From positions 144,146 through 208,145 of IMG/VR virus record IMGVR_UViG_3300020186_000013: DNA of 64,000 bases; one strand, written 5' to 3'. The notes beneath the pieces were generated by a model. It was not told the origin of the DNA. It searched no databases and worked only from the letters and a program-made list of their open reading frames with translations. A program made the translations under genes and the position numbers. Shown here one piece after another: positions 8,852-18,014 of the stretch. Within the stretch, counting starts at the first letter, position 1; each line of letters starts with the position of its first letter.

Positions 8852-10372
8852 TTACTCGGAGCTTCCCTGCCCCTGGACTTTTTGTTTCTTGTGCCTACGG
8901 GCCGTACTCAAAATCGACGGACCGAACTCACCAAGTCGGACACCGTTGAACGCCCGGTTGTCCCAGTACACATCGGCCATGACCTTGCCGCTGGAACCAG
9001 GAGGCTGGTCGGGGTTCTCGTTGATGTGGTCAAAGGGGATGCCATGCTCCTCCATCCACGTCTCGATCAACTTCGGGTTGTTGCGAACCGTGAAGATGAT
9101 AATCCGAACGCCCGCTTCGTGTAAGAGCTTCATCCACTTCTTCGCCCCGCGACGGGGCAGACCGATGAAGTCCGGGTCATGCGGCTGCTTCTCCTCGGCC
9201 AGCGTCCCGTCGAGGTCAACGGCCACCGAGAACCGGCGTTCCTTGTAGTCGGCAGCCGTCTTGTCGGCGTAGTGGTTGATGACCTTGACGGACGGATCAG
9301 ACCGCCACCGGGGAAGGTACGCCTTGTAGATCTGAGTGCCGACCTTGGCCTTGGCCACCCGCTGCTTCCGCCACTCAAGCTCGTCGAGGCCCATGGCCTT
9401 CGGGTTGTACTTGCTACTCGACCGGTCGCGGGTCAATCGCTGCTCGACGAGGCGATCAAGCGGCGTGTCGATGAGGTGCCGCTCGTGGGCCTTGCGCAAC
9501 TCAGGATCACCGTGCATGAGCTGCACGCCCTCAATGATCGACGGCACCTTGGCCTTCCGGATCGCATCCTCAACGAGCTTGCGGTTGTTCAAGCGACGCA
9601 TGGCGTTCTTCTCTTCGGGGTCGAGGTGAGACACCTCCATGCCCTTCCACTGCTTCCACAACGGGTGGGCGTCGAGTGATACATGAGGCATCTTGTTTTC
9701 GCCCGACAACTTCTTGGCGTAGGTCGTCTTGCCTGCCCCCGAGAAACCTGTGACGAGGATGTGCTTCAAAGCTGGCGGCAGCCCCTTCAGGTGCTTGAGC
9801 ACCTCCATACGCTTCGCGTTCGCTGCCACCAGCGTCGGACTCAGGCCGTCCTGCTTCGACATGGCCATGGCTTCGTCAATGTCGTAAAGTCCCACGCCCT
9901 TGCGGGACACCGGCTCAACCAGCTTGTTACCGTGGGGCTCGCCCAGATCGCCGACGAAGTAGTGCGTCCGGGAACCCCGGTAGGTCTTGGCCCGCTCGGC
10001 CTGCTTTTTTCCGCTGTAGGGCGGCGACCAGTCCAACTCGTGCGGGTCGAATGGAAGAGGTCGGGGGTTGTGGACGTGGTATCCGCTTTCTTCCGCGAAC
10101 TCGCGGACCGCAGCCGTCGCCGGGTCTTCACCAGGGTCGATGCCGCCACCGAACGTCAGGAAGTTGCCAGCGTCAGCGAGACCCCCGAAGATTTTGCCGT
10201 CCTTCATGGCAAACATCTCGGCACGATCGCGGTACGGCTTCGGGTTGCTTTCTTGCGTGACGCCAGGCAGACTGGTACTCAGAGCCGCCAACGCAGCCTT
10301 CGTCAGGCTGAGGCGGTCTTCCGGGACCCGTGGGGCCAGAATCCGCAAGATCGGATCTTCGGACTCAAACAT
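8852..10372 (-). CDS. Nudix hydrolase - P-loop kinase - HAD phosphatase triple fusion (C-terminal two-thirds is PNKP-like in architecture)
   Basis: Nudix box GGGIDPGEDPATAAVREFAEESG; Walker A GFSGAGKT; HAD motif I VAVDLDGTLA, FTVR, and ADVYWDNRA. Confidence 0.85.
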   Translation of the reverse strand: MFESEDPILRILAPRVPEDRLSLTKAALAALSTSLPGVTQESNPKPYRDRAEMFAMKDGKIFGGLADAGNFLTFGGGIDPGEDPATAAVREFAEESGYHVHNPRPLPFDPHELDWSPPYSGKKQAERAKTYRGSRTHYFVGDLGEPHGNKLVEPVSRKGVGLYDIDEAMAMSKQDGLSPTLVAANAKRMEVLKHLKGLPPALKHILVTGFSGAGKTTYAKKLSGENKMPHVSLDAHPLWKQWKGMEVSHLDPEEKNAMRRLNNRKLVEDAIRKAKVPSIIEGVQLMHGDPELRKAHERHLIDTPLDRLVEQRLTRDRSSSKYNPKAMGLDELEWRKQRVAKAKVGTQIYKAYLPRWRSDPSVKVINHYADKTAADYKERRFSVAVDLDGTLAEEKQPHDPDFIGLPRRGAKKWMKLLHEAGVRIIIFTVRNNPKLIETWMEEHGIPFDHINENPDQPPGSSGKVMADVYWDNRAFNGVRLGEFGPSILSTARRHKKQKVQGQGSSE

Positions 10373-10401
10373 TGACTTGTCCCCTTTTGGGGTGATAAGC
10401 T
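10372..10401 (+). promoter_or_regulatory. Possible sigma70-like promoter for csrA
   Basis: TTGACT-N18-TAAGCT with a TG extended -10, upstream of the only plus-strand gene. Confidence 0.35.
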
Positions 10402-10443
10402 AACCACGCCTCGGAAACGCTGACAACTCGAAAGGAGTCGATC

Positions 10444-10638
10444 ATGCTCGTACTTTCACGCAAGGCCGGCGAGAAGATCCACATTGGCGACAACATCGTG
10501 TTGACCATCGTCGAGGTTCGCGGCAACAAGGTTCGCCTCGGCCTCGTGGCCCCGGCCGACGTTGCCGTGCACCGCGAAGAGGTCTTCGAGGCGATCAAGG
10601 CGTCGCAGGCGAACGCAGAGGTCGCGGCCCGGAGCTAG
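10444..10638 (+). CDS. csrA: Carbon storage regulator CsrA/RsmA
   Basis: MLVLSRKAGEKIHIGDNIVLTIVEVRGNKVRLGLVAPADVAVHREEV is a canonical CsrA sequence; AAGGAG SD. Confidence 0.95.
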   Translation: MLVLSRKAGEKIHIGDNIVLTIVEVRGNKVRLGLVAPADVAVHREEVFEAIKASQANAEVAARS

Positions 10639-11186
10639 TCCGAGTCCGCCTTGCGGGTGCCGTTGCGACCGAGAACGCCGCGACGGCGAACCGCACACGT
10701 GATGTGGAAGTCGTACTCGCCCCCTTTGGGGCGAGACGACAGCCCGTAAGACCGCCGCAGCTTCTGAAGTTCCGGTGAGTGGATCGTTGTAAACCACACC
10801 TTCTCCACGCCCGGCCACCCGTCAGGCTCCACTTCCTTCAGCCTCCCCAGCGTGTACGTGAACTGCTTGCCACGCTCCGTGATCTTGTCGACGCCGCCGA
10901 TCTCCTCGACCTCTTCCTTGCGGATGACCGAGATGTGAGCGTTGAACGGCTGGTCGCCGTGGCCCGGCGGCAACTCGACGCCCGGCTCCCTCATAGACTT
11001 GAAGATGCCTCGCACCATGGCGTTGGGCACGGTGAGCATGATCCAGCCGCCGGGCGTCGCGTAGAGCGTCCCCGCCAGGTTGTACACCGGGACAGGGACA
11101 CCAGCCTCCTTGACAAACCGCTGGCCCAGGATGAAAGCAACCCGCTGGTGCACAGCGGGGCCGTTCGACACAGATAGCAGCGACAC
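10635..11186 (-). CDS. 2H phosphoesterase-family protein
   Basis: Two H-x-S/T motifs (AHISVI, FHITCA) about 85 aa apart; N-terminal leader ends in FVKEAG. Confidence 0.7.
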   Translation of the reverse strand: MSLLSVSNGPAVHQRVAFILGQRFVKEAGVPVPVYNLAGTLYATPGGWIMLTVPNAMVRGIFKSMREPGVELPPGHGDQPFNAHISVIRKEEVEEIGGVDKITERGKQFTYTLGRLKEVEPDGWPGVEKVWFTTIHSPELQKLRRSYGLSSRPKGGEYDFHITCAVRRRGVLGRNGTRKADSD

Positions 11187-11195
11187 GGTAGCCTC

Positions 11196-11636
11196 CTACT
11201 TAACGGTCGGCACGACGGTGAAGTACAACGTGAGGGCGGCGATGACGGCGGTGACGATCATACCGAGTACGCCCGCGACGATCTGCCCCCGTGACACGAT
11301 CTTGGCCGTGTTCATGCCGTTGAAGTGTTTGTTGAGCTGGGTGATTCCGGTGGCAAGGTTGGCCAGGCTGTGCTGGATGAGGATGTGCTCAGTCTCAAGG
11401 TGGGACATCCGCTGCATGAGGGACGGCTGGCCGTTGCCGTCGCGGACGATTACCAACAGACTGGCGATGCTGTCATTAAGGGTGATCTGACTCTGTTGCA
11501 TCTGACCCACGCACGCCGCCATCTTCACCTCGGCCGAGTGTGCGTCACGAAGGTCCTCCCGGAGTTGATCGACCGAGACCGTGAGCGTCTCCATGCCGGC
11601 GGTCAGTTTGATGATGGACTGTTCGGTAGCGTTCAT
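11196..11636 (-). CDS. Coiled-coil protein with C-terminal TM helix (holin/XhlA-like topology)
   Basis: Heptad-rich N-terminus; GQIVAGVLGMIVTAVIAALTLYF hydrophobic tail. Confidence 0.55.
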   Translation of the reverse strand: MNATEQSIIKLTAGMETLTVSVDQLREDLRDAHSAEVKMAACVGQMQQSQITLNDSIASLLVIVRDGNGQPSLMQRMSHLETEHILIQHSLANLATGITQLNKHFNGMNTAKIVSRGQIVAGVLGMIVTAVIAALTLYFTVVPTVK

Positions 11637-11918
11637 CTGCAACTCCGTTTGCAGTTCGGGGCGAAGAGAGTGTCGTCGGCCGTGCTTGCCTCCCAGGATC
11701 GCCCACTCTGGGTCCAACGCCTCACCTCTTGCGAGGCTGGGCAACACGGTGGCTTAGCGGCGTTCCACCGATACCTCCAGGCACCCGGCCTTTCCGCCAC
11801 GGTGCCCTTACCTCGGGTTTACGGCAGTCCCTGCCAACCCACGCTTACCTGCCGACGCCAGCAGCAAGGCAAGCACGACCGACGACACCCGCATTATCAA
11901 GGCAATCGTGCTTCAAAA

Positions 11919-12203
11919 TCAAGCCGGAGGAGCTTTGCGGGCAGGCACAGACACTCGGTGACCGGTGAACTCGCGGGCCTTGTGATATTTCCGGCCACAC
12001 TCGCAGCGGGCACTGAGTGTCGCCAGGGCACGATCGACACTCTGCTGCGTGTGGCTCCAAACGGGGCCTACGACCGTTTCCGCCCACTGACACTGCACGT
12101 ACACGCAGATTTGTTTGACCTTCTTCTCGTTTAGAGCTGACGCGAAGTGCACCGAAGCGGGGGCGACGAACTTGGACTTCTTCCGTGGTCGAAGGGGTGG
12201 CAT
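11919..12203 (-). CDS. Hypothetical basic protein with Cys/His residues
   Basis: AGGAG SD; VQCQW...RCECGRKYH. Confidence 0.55.
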   Translation of the reverse strand: MPPLRPRKKSKFVAPASVHFASALNEKKVKQICVYVQCQWAETVVGPVWSHTQQSVDRALATLSARCECGRKYHKAREFTGHRVSVPARKAPPA

Positions 12204-12216
12204 TATTTCCTCCGTG

Positions 12217-12426
12217 TTAGCCGTTAATGTCGTCGAGCGGCTTACCCTCTATGGCTCGGTTGTAGCCCCGACGCCACGCTCCGCGACGTTGCCGTTGTAC
12301 GCCCTGGCCGATCTTGTACGGTTGATCGTTACGACCGGCCAGGGCGTCTTCGTACCCTCGACGGTAGCACGAGAAGAGATGCTTCTGCCAGCGAAACTTG
12401 GCGTCGCGTGGGTGTACCTTGGACAT
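12217..12426 (-). CDS. Ribosome modulation factor (Rmf)-like protein
   Basis: YRRGYEDALAGR..QPY.....QRRGAWRRGY resembles the Rmf pattern RGYQAG..GR...CPY....R..WLGGW. Confidence 0.55.
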   Translation of the reverse strand: MSKVHPRDAKFRWQKHLFSCYRRGYEDALAGRNDQPYKIGQGVQRQRRGAWRRGYNRAIEGKPLDDING

Positions 12427-12444
12427 TGGCGGTGCCTATGAAAA

Positions 12445-12479
12445 TTGACCGGCCGGGTAGTCATTACCCGGCCGGTCAA
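12445..12479 (-). terminator. Rho-independent terminator
   Basis: 15-bp perfect IR TTGACCGGCCGGGTA/TACCCGGCCGGTCAA followed by TTTT on the minus strand. Confidence 0.7.
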
Positions 12480-12521
12480 CCTGGTGTCCTCCGTCCCCGG
12501 AGGACTTGATCGGACGGGGAT

Positions 12522-12830
12522 TTACTTCGCCTTCTTGGCCTTCTTCCCCTCGTCCGTGATCTGATAGATCTTGTGGATGCTACTGGTCTCCGGATCGCTG
12601 CTCTCACCCGTCACGGACAACCACCCCTTCTTCGTGCAAGACTCGACCGTCTCGCGGTCGGCCTTGGCACCAGCGACGGCCGTTCCCTTCGCCGTCTCAA
12701 CCGTGGTAGCCGACTTGGGCTTACCGTCCTTGGTCACAGTCCGAACACTGATCCGTCGTCCGCCGGCAATCACGTCCAAGATCGCCTTCTGCTTTGGTGT
12801 CGGTTTGGACACCTTCACTGTCGTCGCCAC
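12522..12830 (-). CDS. Small basic winged-helix-like DNA-binding protein
   Basis: GGAGG SD before GTG 12830; PTPKQKAILDVI...KKGWL...YQITDEGKKA. Confidence 0.55.
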   Translation of the reverse strand: MATTVKVSKPTPKQKAILDVIAGGRRISVRTVTKDGKPKSATTVETAKGTAVAGAKADRETVESCTKKGWLSVTGESSDPETSSIHKIYQITDEGKKAKKAK

Positions 12831-12930
12831 GCTATCCTCCATCAGTTGTAACACGTCGCAGCGGACACGCCAAGTGTCCGCGTAAACAAAGCGAGGGCGA
12901 TCGTACACCGCCCCGCCGATCCGTTGAAGC

Positions 12931-14721
12931 TCAGTCGTCTTCTTTTTTCAGTTTGATGATCTTACGCGGCAGTCGCTCCATCTTCTTGTGGAACGCCTCA
13001 CGGGCCTTTTCCTTCCGCTCTTCGATCGCCTTCTTGTGGGCCTTATCGCTCATCGCCTCCTTGAGTGACTCCGACAACGGGGCCGCGACCGGGGTGACGC
13101 TGCTGCCGCCGACGTACTGCTGGGGCGTGGCCACGTGGGTGACCTTGATGGGGGTCGTCGAGAAGACCACATTCGCCAGGAAGGACGTCAGCAGGACAGA
13201 CGAGTGCTCGCTCAGTGGGGCCTTCTCGTCGAGGAAGTCCCGGAAGTTCTTGCCGATCTCCTCGACGACCTGTTCCGCTTCGTAGTGGGTCTTGCCCGGC
13301 ACCACGCAGCACCGCGTCAACTGAGCCAGGTACGCAAAGTTCTTCTTGAGCAGCGGCAGCAGGAAGGCCACCTGAGCCCGGATCTTGTCGTAAGTGTCGA
13401 GCTGCTCGGCCACCTTCTTCGCTGCCTCAATGATCTTGGCAGGGTCCTCAGACGGCGGCGGACCCTTGGGCAGCGTCCGCGTCTCGGGCACCCCCGCGAA
13501 CAGGAACGCCATCAGATCGTCCGGCATGTCGGCCTTGTCGATCAGCTTCTCGGCAAAGCGCTTCTTAATCCACGGCGACACGATGAACTTCTCCGGCGGC
13601 TTGACCGTGGTCATCGTCACCGGCTTGGCGGGCGGGTTCTTCAACTCCTCCGTGCTCTTGGCGTGCGTCTTCGACATCGTCAGAGCCTCGGTCAGCGTGA
13701 CGCCCATGGTCGAGCAAATGGCACTGAGGTGCTTCTTCTCTTCATCGGTCAACGCGGCAATGGTCGCCGCGACGAGTCCGCCCATGTCCGCAGGCACGTG
13801 GTACGAGGACGGGATCACAGGCCCCAGTGCGATCTCGGGCTCCTCGGTGCTCGGGGGCAGCTTCAGCTTGTTCTTCTCGGCCCACTTCTGGACCTCGGTG
13901 CTAAACTTGACGGGCGTGACCTGGTTGTGGGCACCCGGCACCAGCCGCATCAGCTGGTCGGTCATGATGACCAGGTTGTACTCCAGGGACTGCTTCTCCT
14001 TGGGCGTCTCGGCCTTGTCGCGTGCCGAGTACAGCTTGGCGATGCCGTCTTGCAGATACTTCTGCTTCTTGGCCCGAGCTTCGAGGGACATGTCGACGAC
14101 GGCTTGCGGCTCCTTGCCAGCCTTGCGACTGGTCAGCTCGACCGTGAACGCCGCTGCCCACTCCTGGTTGACGCGACAGCCGCACGGGTTGAGAGTGTAC
14201 GTAAGAACCGGAATCTGCTCGATCATCGGCGACCCGGAGTCGATGTCGATCTGCCCGTTGGGCAGGGGGTACGCCTCCTTGCCGCCGTCGAGACAGCGGA
14301 CACGCTGGCAGCAACTCGGGCAAGTAATGTGGGGCTTCTGGGCCAACGCCTTCTCGTCGGCGATCGAATCAAACAGCATGTGGTCTGGCCTCTTCCCGCC
14401 GACGTACCTCTTTTTGACCCCGCCCTCCCTGTGTGGGTCATTCCCAGGTCCCGACCGGCCGGAGTAGATGTCTTCGCGGTCGTCCAGCCCGCCGGTCGCT
14501 TTGGCCCCGTAGCCAACGTCCTGCTTCATGGCGGTGGGCGATTCACTAGGTACTATTGTAAGTTCGTGACTTGCTTTCTGGCACTCCATGCCCCCGGCGA
14601 CGGCGAGGAGGTAGGAGTCGTAGGCGTCATCGGCGGGCTTCCTGCCCTCGGTCACCGTCGCGATCTTGGCGAGCATGGACGCCCGGAGATTCTGGAACTT
14701 GGCGGCGGACTGTGAAAGCAT
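12931..14721 (-). CDS. Hypothetical protein (~596 aa) with Cys cluster
   Basis: GGAGG SD before ATG 14721; CPSCCQRVRC...PCGC. Confidence 0.75.
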   Translation of the reverse strand: MLSQSAAKFQNLRASMLAKIATVTEGRKPADDAYDSYLLAVAGGMECQKASHELTIVPSESPTAMKQDVGYGAKATGGLDDREDIYSGRSGPGNDPHREGGVKKRYVGGKRPDHMLFDSIADEKALAQKPHITCPSCCQRVRCLDGGKEAYPLPNGQIDIDSGSPMIEQIPVLTYTLNPCGCRVNQEWAAAFTVELTSRKAGKEPQAVVDMSLEARAKKQKYLQDGIAKLYSARDKAETPKEKQSLEYNLVIMTDQLMRLVPGAHNQVTPVKFSTEVQKWAEKNKLKLPPSTEEPEIALGPVIPSSYHVPADMGGLVAATIAALTDEEKKHLSAICSTMGVTLTEALTMSKTHAKSTEELKNPPAKPVTMTTVKPPEKFIVSPWIKKRFAEKLIDKADMPDDLMAFLFAGVPETRTLPKGPPPSEDPAKIIEAAKKVAEQLDTYDKIRAQVAFLLPLLKKNFAYLAQLTRCCVVPGKTHYEAEQVVEEIGKNFRDFLDEKAPLSEHSSVLLTSFLANVVFSTTPIKVTHVATPQQYVGGSSVTPVAAPLSESLKEAMSDKAHKKAIEERKEKAREAFHKKMERLPRKIIKLKKEDD

Positions 14722-14776
14722 GAGGGGCCTCCCTTTCGGTGGCCCCTCAGTTAGAAACCAGCTTCTAGGAGCCGCG

Positions 14777-15163
14777 TCACTCCACCTTATCGTCTTCGTC
14801 ATCCTGCGTCAGGGCCAACATGGGGATGATCGCCATCGCGAGCTGGAAGAAGATCTTGATGATCGCCATGATCCCGTCCTTGTGGGCAGCCCACCACGTG
14901 GCCAGACGACCCTTGCCGGTCGGAGGCGGGGGCACCTCCTCCAGCATCTTGAGCAGCTGTGGCTGCTTGGCGATCTCCGCGTTGGCCGCTTCGTCCGTCG
15001 CCTGGGCCACGGCCCGCCGAGCCTGCCGTCGGGAGATCTGCTCTTTCTCGACGAGGTCATTGACGGCCCCACGTCGACCCATCAGCATCAGAATGCCGCG
15101 AGCCGGGGCACCGGGTACGTCCAGGAGGTTCAGGGCCATCGGGTCTGCTTCTTCCACGATCAC
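14777..15163 (-). CDS. Hypothetical protein with C-terminal hydrophobic helix
   Basis: GIMAIIKIFFQLAMAIIPML followed by an acidic tail. Confidence 0.7.
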   Translation of the reverse strand: MIVEEADPMALNLLDVPGAPARGILMLMGRRGAVNDLVEKEQISRRQARRAVAQATDEAANAEIAKQPQLLKMLEEVPPPPTGKGRLATWWAAHKDGIMAIIKIFFQLAMAIIPMLALTQDDEDDKVE

Positions 15164-15648
15164 TCCTTGGTTGCGGTAAAGTGCTCTTCGAGTGCAGCCT
15201 TAGCGGCTGCCTCCTGCTGATCGACCTCGGCGAGGGCGGCGACGAACCGCTCCTCGTACTGTTCCTGACGGACGATCTTAGTGTCGACCATGAGTTTGAC
15301 GAGGGCAAGGATGTTGGCGGACGTCGACCGGTAGTGGTCCTTGAGCCGCTTGACCTCGTCGCGGGTCAGGGCCTGTTCGTCGGCAACCGGCTCGTCGGTC
15401 TTGCCCACAGGGACGTTGGCGGCTTGCAAGAGTCGGAGGGCGTCAGCGACGTACGAGTAGCAGCCGATCATCTTGACGACGCCGGTCTTGGCGTCCTTGA
15501 GCGGATAGGACGCAGCCAGACACGGGTAGTGCTGTGGGCCGTTGCCCCAGCCCACCGCGTGGGGGTCGACGCCGACGCCCGAGGCCAACGTCTTGCGGTA
15601 GTTGTCCCAGTCGTCGGCGTTGTTCAGGAGCGTCCAGTTCGTCGCCAT
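15160..15648 (-). CDS. Hypothetical protein (162 aa)
   Basis: Coding-like ORF with stop/start overlap to its neighbour. Confidence 0.7.
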   Translation of the reverse strand: MATNWTLLNNADDWDNYRKTLASGVGVDPHAVGWGNGPQHYPCLAASYPLKDAKTGVVKMIGCYSYVADALRLLQAANVPVGKTDEPVADEQALTRDEVKRLKDHYRSTSANILALVKLMVDTKIVRQEQYEERFVAALAEVDQQEAAAKAALEEHFTATKE

Positions 15649-15649
15649 C

Positions 15650-15877
15650 TCATACCTTCTGGTTTCGCACAGCCCACGCGGCGATGCCCGCCTTGGTGAG
15701 GCTCAGCTTCTTGCGGACGCGGGCGGCGTACGTGCGGACAGTTTCGTACCCAAGGTCCAGCTCGTCAGCGATGTGCTGGTAAGTCTTCCCTTCGGCGATC
15801 CCTCGCACCACGGCCAGCTCGCGATCCGACAGTTCCTTGTCGGAAGCCACATCGTTCTCCAATAGAGCTGCCATCAT
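15650..15877 (-). CDS. Stand-alone LuxR/GerE-type HTH regulator
   Basis: LSDRELAVVRGIAEGKTYQHIADELDLGYETVRTYAARVRKKL; ATGA coupling to the upstream GT gene. Confidence 0.85.
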   Translation of the reverse strand: MMAALLENDVASDKELSDRELAVVRGIAEGKTYQHIADELDLGYETVRTYAARVRKKLSLTKAGIAAWAVRNQKV

Positions 15878-16761
15878 TGGGAAAGTAACTCCGTAACCCG
15901 CTCCACCTTGTCGTTCGGCTCGCCGACCGGGTAAAGGTCGTCGGGCCACGGCCGGTTCGGGGACGCCTCGTAGGCGATGGCGTCGGAACCGCTGATGGTG
16001 AGTGTGGGTGCATCCCAACGGTAATGAAATGCGAGGAGTTCGTCAATCTTGGCCTTACGGTCTGAGGCCATGATCCAGTCCCGCTTCCGGGCGTTGGGGG
16101 CAGCCGTTGCGATCTGCCGGTGCTGCTCATACCCGCGACCGTTGTCGCCCCGGACGCCGACGATGTGGTGGAACGGCAAACCAGGCACCGTCGCCAGGCG
16201 GACCCGGCTTTCGCCCAGCTTCCGCACCAGGTCGACCAGAGGCTGCTCGCGGTTGCTGTACGAGACCTCGGGCCACAGTTCCCTGCGGCCCATGAGCGTC
16301 GAGATGGCCCCCCGCTCCTCGGGGTGACCGGTGGGGTTCTGGTAGTTGACGAAGAACAGCTCGTGCGAGTCATAGAAGTAGTAGAGGCTGTCCTCCAACA
16401 TCGTCATCGCCTCGGGTACGGTCAGCTGCCGCTTCATCTGGTCCCGGAGACGGTACTCGTGGTTCTGGTTGTCGTCGTCCCAGATCGCCAGGTACTCGCC
16501 GTAGGACATCGCCATCGCGTGCACGACGCCCTCGCACCCGACTCGGACCGATCGCTTATAGACACGGATCTTCACGTCGTGGGGGAGGTTCATGTACATC
16601 CACGACCGAATACCGTCCACGTAGGAGGCGTCGTTGGCGACGATCACCAACTCCTTGTTGGCATAGGACTGACCCTGGAAGTTCAGGATCGCCCGCTGGA
16701 GCAAGCCCCAGCGGTCGGGCTTGCTGACGCACATGCAGCTCACAAGAGGCTCGTCGGACAT
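15874..16761 (-). CDS. Glycosyltransferase, GT2-like
   Basis: PLVSCMCVS...AILNFQGQSYANKELVIVAND...GEYLAIWDDD. Confidence 0.8.
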   Translation of the reverse strand: MSDEPLVSCMCVSKPDRWGLLQRAILNFQGQSYANKELVIVANDASYVDGIRSWMYMNLPHDVKIRVYKRSVRVGCEGVVHAMAMSYGEYLAIWDDDNQNHEYRLRDQMKRQLTVPEAMTMLEDSLYYFYDSHELFFVNYQNPTGHPEERGAISTLMGRRELWPEVSYSNREQPLVDLVRKLGESRVRLATVPGLPFHHIVGVRGDNGRGYEQHRQIATAAPNARKRDWIMASDRKAKIDELLAFHYRWDAPTLTISGSDAIAYEASPNRPWPDDLYPVGEPNDKVERVTELLSQ

Positions 16762-16770
16762 GTCCACTCC

Positions 16771-17355
16771 CTATGCGACCCCGCTGACGACCAGCGAGTC
16801 GGCCATGTGTTTCGTCTCTTCACTCTCCCGGAGGTCCAGGGCTTCGATGGAGTTGACCCGAACCATGCGGGAATTGCGAGAGCACTTTGTCCAGTTCGCC
16901 GTCCGGTGAGCAATGATCCCGTCGACCCGAACGTCCACGTCACAAAGGTCGAACTTGCTGACCCCCATGTCGACGTACGCCTGCTTACGGAGCGTGGTAA
17001 CGGCGAGGTCCACCTTGGTGTGCTTCAAGTGCTCCAGACACTCCTCGGCCCGGATCAGGTCCATGAACGGCGTGCAGGCGTTGATGAGGACGGCCGATGC
17101 GTGCTTGCCTTGGCGGGCATGGCCGGCCAAGATCTCGTCCCACTTCGAGTCGTCCTTCTCAGGGAGGGAGACGAACAGGTTGGCGTCGAGGAGTTCCTGG
17201 CACTGGGGGAGGTACTTCTCGAACGTCACGCAGGCGACGCGGCCAACGCCACGGACCTCGGAGATCTTCTTGAAAACTCTCTCCACGACAGGGAGGGAGC
17301 CGAGCCAGGTGAAGACGACGGGGTCAAGGGCAAGGACGCAGGCGAGGGTCGACAT
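16771..17355 (-). CDS. Divergent acylneuraminate cytidylyltransferase (NeuA)-like protein
   Basis: VLINACTPF...AEECLEHL...DLAVT and RVNSIEALDL resemble NeuA LQPTSP...ai.ll...dsvvs and DIDT..D; the N-terminal PARGGSK motif is absent. Confidence 0.4.
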   Translation of the reverse strand: MSTLACVLALDPVVFTWLGSLPVVERVFKKISEVRGVGRVACVTFEKYLPQCQELLDANLFVSLPEKDDSKWDEILAGHARQGKHASAVLINACTPFMDLIRAEECLEHLKHTKVDLAVTTLRKQAYVDMGVSKFDLCDVDVRVDGIIAHRTANWTKCSRNSRMVRVNSIEALDLRESEETKHMADSLVVSGVA

Positions 17356-17357
17356 TA

Positions 17358-18014
17358 TTACTCCATTGATTTCGGGGGAGGTGGTCGCGGTCGGGGCGGC
17401 TTACTTTCTTTAGGCCGATCCCGTTCGCGTCGCTCGATTTTGCCGTTCACGTGGTAGACGGTCGAGGCCCCGTCTTCGTTCAACACAACAAGTCTGTCTG
17501 CGGCGGTGAAGGTGATGACCAGGCCCTTGGGAATGTCTACAACGCCGTCGTCGAGTACCACCAGTTGGCCCAGCCCCTCCTTCTGCGTGACGACCGGCGT
17601 CGACGAGCGTCGCAACCGCTCCCCGATCCGTTTGTTCAGTTCTCTCTCGTCGGGCAAGGCGGCTTGCGTGCGGTCAACCAACTCCTGTCGGCCGTCGGGG
17701 CCGTCGAGGTAACTGGTCCCATCGGGGTTGACGACAACGGAGTAGCCCGGTGCCCCCGCGATCAGGGTGCGGCGAGGCTGAGGTTTCAAATCGTCCCGGA
17801 CTTCCCGTGGCATTGACGCCACGGGCAAGGACAGGGCGAAGGGTGCGGTGGTTCGAGGCTCGGGAATCCGTTCCCTCGGTGGCTGTCGCGGCTCGGGCGT
17901 CCGTTCGGCGTCGGGCAACCCCACGACCAGTAGGGTGACCATCCCGCCGAGACCGCCCGAGATCAGCACGCCGCAGAAAAGAACGGTCCAGAGGTTGGAC
18001 CGTTTACGCCTCAT
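17358..18014 (-). CDS. Membrane-anchored hypothetical protein
   Basis: N-terminal TM (LWTVLFCGVLISGGLGGMVTLLVVGL) followed by a Pro-rich linker. Confidence 0.7.
   Translation of the reverse strand: MRRKRSNLWTVLFCGVLISGGLGGMVTLLVVGLPDAERTPEPRQPPRERIPEPRTTAPFALSLPVASMPREVRDDLKPQPRRTLIAGAPGYSVVVNPDGTSYLDGPDGRQELVDRTQAALPDERELNKRIGERLRRSSTPVVTQKEGLGQLVVLDDGVVDIPKGLVITFTAADRLVVLNEDGASTVYHVNGKIERRERDRPKESKPPRPRPPPPKSME

Noticed and set aside
11750-11918. Possible ncRNA or small ORF (MRVSSVVLALLLASAGK...) in the gap
   Set aside because: Only weak hairpins and a 28-codon ORF without an SD; not enough support.
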